From positions 2,905 through 66,904 of the forward strand of contig NIVC01000021.1 in assembly GCA_002269645.1 (NCBI GenBank): 64,000 bases of DNA, read 5' to 3'. Below are positions 62,145-64,000 of this stretch, piece by piece; position 1 is the stretch's first letter, and each line of letters opens with the position of its first letter. Position numbers and translations under genes: made by a program. Origin of the DNA: Macrostomum lignano. Its lineage: Eukaryota. A model generated the notes under the pieces. That model ran no database searches. It saw only the letters and a list, made by a program, of their open reading frames with translations, and was not told the DNA's origin.

Positions 62145-64000
62145 TTAGGCTATTATTTCGGTTTGTGGCCGTTCCAAATATGCGGTCGCAGCAAAATCAT
62201 ATCCTGCTGATGTGCTACCACAAACGGCTGCACCACGAATAAAATGTGCGGCATCTGCTCCTCCAGTTCGAGCACCAAAACCCATAAGAGTTCCCGTTTT
62301 ATCTAAATCTCCCCAAGTTCCACTATCATATGTAAAAAAGTTTTGCCCAATTAGCGTATATGTATTAGCTGATACATTGTATGTGCTTATTTGATACCAA
62401 ACTCTTTGATTTAAAATATTAATTTCAAAAAGATGCCAATCGCCGTTATCAATATTAGCATAGGTTATAGTTTGATCTGCGTCATTAAGAACATCATTAC
62501 GAGCTGTTGCACCGTCTGATTTTATATTGCTCCAAACAACCCCAACTCTATCATGCCATTCACTCGCAAACACAATCAAGCCGGCGCGGGTTGTTAACCC
62601 GGATCCAAATTCACTTGTTGGACGTTCGTGACAATATGCATAAAACCAAACGCGTCAGCACCATCTCCTGTAGCATTAGCAACTCGGAAATAGAAGGAGG
62701 CGGAGATATTACGAAAATGGGTGAAATTAAATTGCAACGCTCCAGACCACTTGCTTCATCAGTAATTCTAGCTCCATTTTGATAATCAATATAAGTAGCT
62801 ACCAACAAAACTTCCAGTTGGAAAAATATCGCCGGCTGTGGTTGGGTTTTGATATCCAGTCCAATTGCAAATTACGGCTCGTACAAAGCGGCATCAATTG
62901 CAGGTATTCCATCCAATTTTATTTTATCATTAAAAGACATTCGGCCATCCGCCGTTTGTGTTACTCGCGTATCAACATAACCTTTAGTAACAACAGAACT
63001 GTTATTGTTTATATTAGAGACATTGTATGTATTGGAACCCATATCAATTGATTGATTAACACTCCCAAATTTAAATCAAGAATTGTAAAGTCTGTCTATA
63101 AATCTGAAGGTTGACAGCCGGGTTGGTTAGAACCCAAGTTGATGTAAGACAGAACAATCTGAAATATGAATATGTTTTATCAAAATTTTGTGTGACATTA
63201 ATTGTTTGAGTTGAGTTATTTATTTCTACAGAACTATCCGCAGGTATTAATACGTCCCAACTTGTATTGTCATTACTTCCCTCAAATCGCCATGATGCTG
63301 GGTGCTCGGTTGAGGTGATGGCCTACCACGTAAATCAATTTTATAACACATTATTGCGGAAGGGCATTGACTTGAATCCAATAATCGGTTGAGTATTATT
63401 TGTTGCCCAATCTGTTGATCATTTCCATCAAACGCTTTCCAACTTGCAAAATCAGTTGTATTAAATGCAGTGCTTGCGGTTATTGCAAAACCATTTCCAC
63501 TCCAATCTGCCATGGTAGGTATGTCCGGTTTCAACCGTTTGGAATCGATCCTTGTTTTGGGGCTCCACCCCCAACTATATTATCAACTTCGGTTTTGGTA
63601 TAAGTATCAGAACATTCCGTTTAAATTTAATGAATTATCAACTTCAGTTTTGCTATAAGAATCAGTTATATCTCTTTAAATTTAGGGAATTATCAACTTC
63701 GTTTTGGTATAGGAATCAGTTATATCTCTTTTTAAATTTAGGGAATTATCAACTTCAGTTTTGGTATAAGAATCAGCAACATTCCGTTTTAAATTTAGGA
63801 ATTATCAACTTCGGTTTTGGTATAAGAATCGGCCGTATTGCGTTTTAAATTTAATGAATCATCTATTTGAGTTCGAGAATAAGAATCAGTTATATCTCTT
63901 TTTAAATTTAACCCATTGTCAACCTCTGTTTTGTATATGAATCGGCTACGTTCCGTTTTAAATTTAGGGAATTATCTATTTGAGTTTTGGTATAGGAATC
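62145..64000 (-). CDS. Fibre/receptor-binding-like protein, frameshifted and 5'-truncated by the window: 20-aa YTKTEVD repeats, discoidin (F5/8 C)-like domain, TKGYVD motif, C-terminal L-type lectin domain
   Basis: Across frames: DSYTKTEVDNSLNLKRDIT repeats (63560-64000); IPTMADWSGNGFAITASTAF...WKAFDG...KIDLRGR; VVTKGYVD; SASFYFRVANATGDGADAFGF; DNGDWHLFEI; MGFGARTGGADAAHFIR. Confidence 0.7.
63560..64000. repeat. ~60-bp coding tandem repeat (fibre shaft), ~7 copies visible
   Basis: Recurrent TTTAAATTTAGGGAATTATCAACTTC.GTTTTGGTATA.GAATC. Confidence 0.9.

Larger units (their letters stand above)
54019..64000. mobile_element. Endogenous Polinton/Maverick (adintovirus-like) element, left portion; continues past the window end
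   Basis: Begins AGTAGT, the Polinton terminal motif. Abrupt switch to AT-rich, intronless, densely packed ORFs. Encodes a protein-primed PolB, pX-like proteins and a fibre-like protein. Confidence 0.92.

Noticed and set aside
54019-64000. Bacterial prophage or contaminant
   Set aside because: The PolB subtype with EndoVII, the pX-like proteins and the AGTAGT terminus are eukaryotic Polinton features, and no Shine-Dalgarno pattern is evident. A misjoin cannot be fully excluded without reads.

Overview
Eukaryotic animal genomic DNA. GC-rich spliced genes have introns filled with micro- and minisatellites; that style and the LINE remnant suggest a Macrostomum-like flatworm (inference only). Host genes: an HMG20-like HMG-box gene; a ~2,160-aa CUB/C-type lectin/LDLa/LRR 7TM receptor (GRL101/LGR type C-like); a secreted His-rich protein with a 3x HGVLMHGD motif; ATG3; two tandem secreted PAN/Apple + LamG-like paralogs with pseudogene fragments; and some unresolved exons. 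Mobile DNA: Penelope-like retroelements with two minimal hammerhead ribozymes, hAT MITEs with 8-bp TSDs, other MITE/foldback elements, two tRNA-derived SINEs, and LINE and Crypton remnants. From 54019 to the window end lies the left part of an AT-rich endogenous Polinton/adintovirus-like element. It has an AGTAGT terminus with nested hairpins, pX-like core proteins, a protein-primed PolB with an endonuclease VII insertion, orphan ORFs, and a fibre-like gene (YTKTEVD repeats + discoidin + L-type lectin). Several otherwise intact genes carry single 1-nt frameshifts, which may be assembly errors. All domain calls are by eye; no database searches were run.
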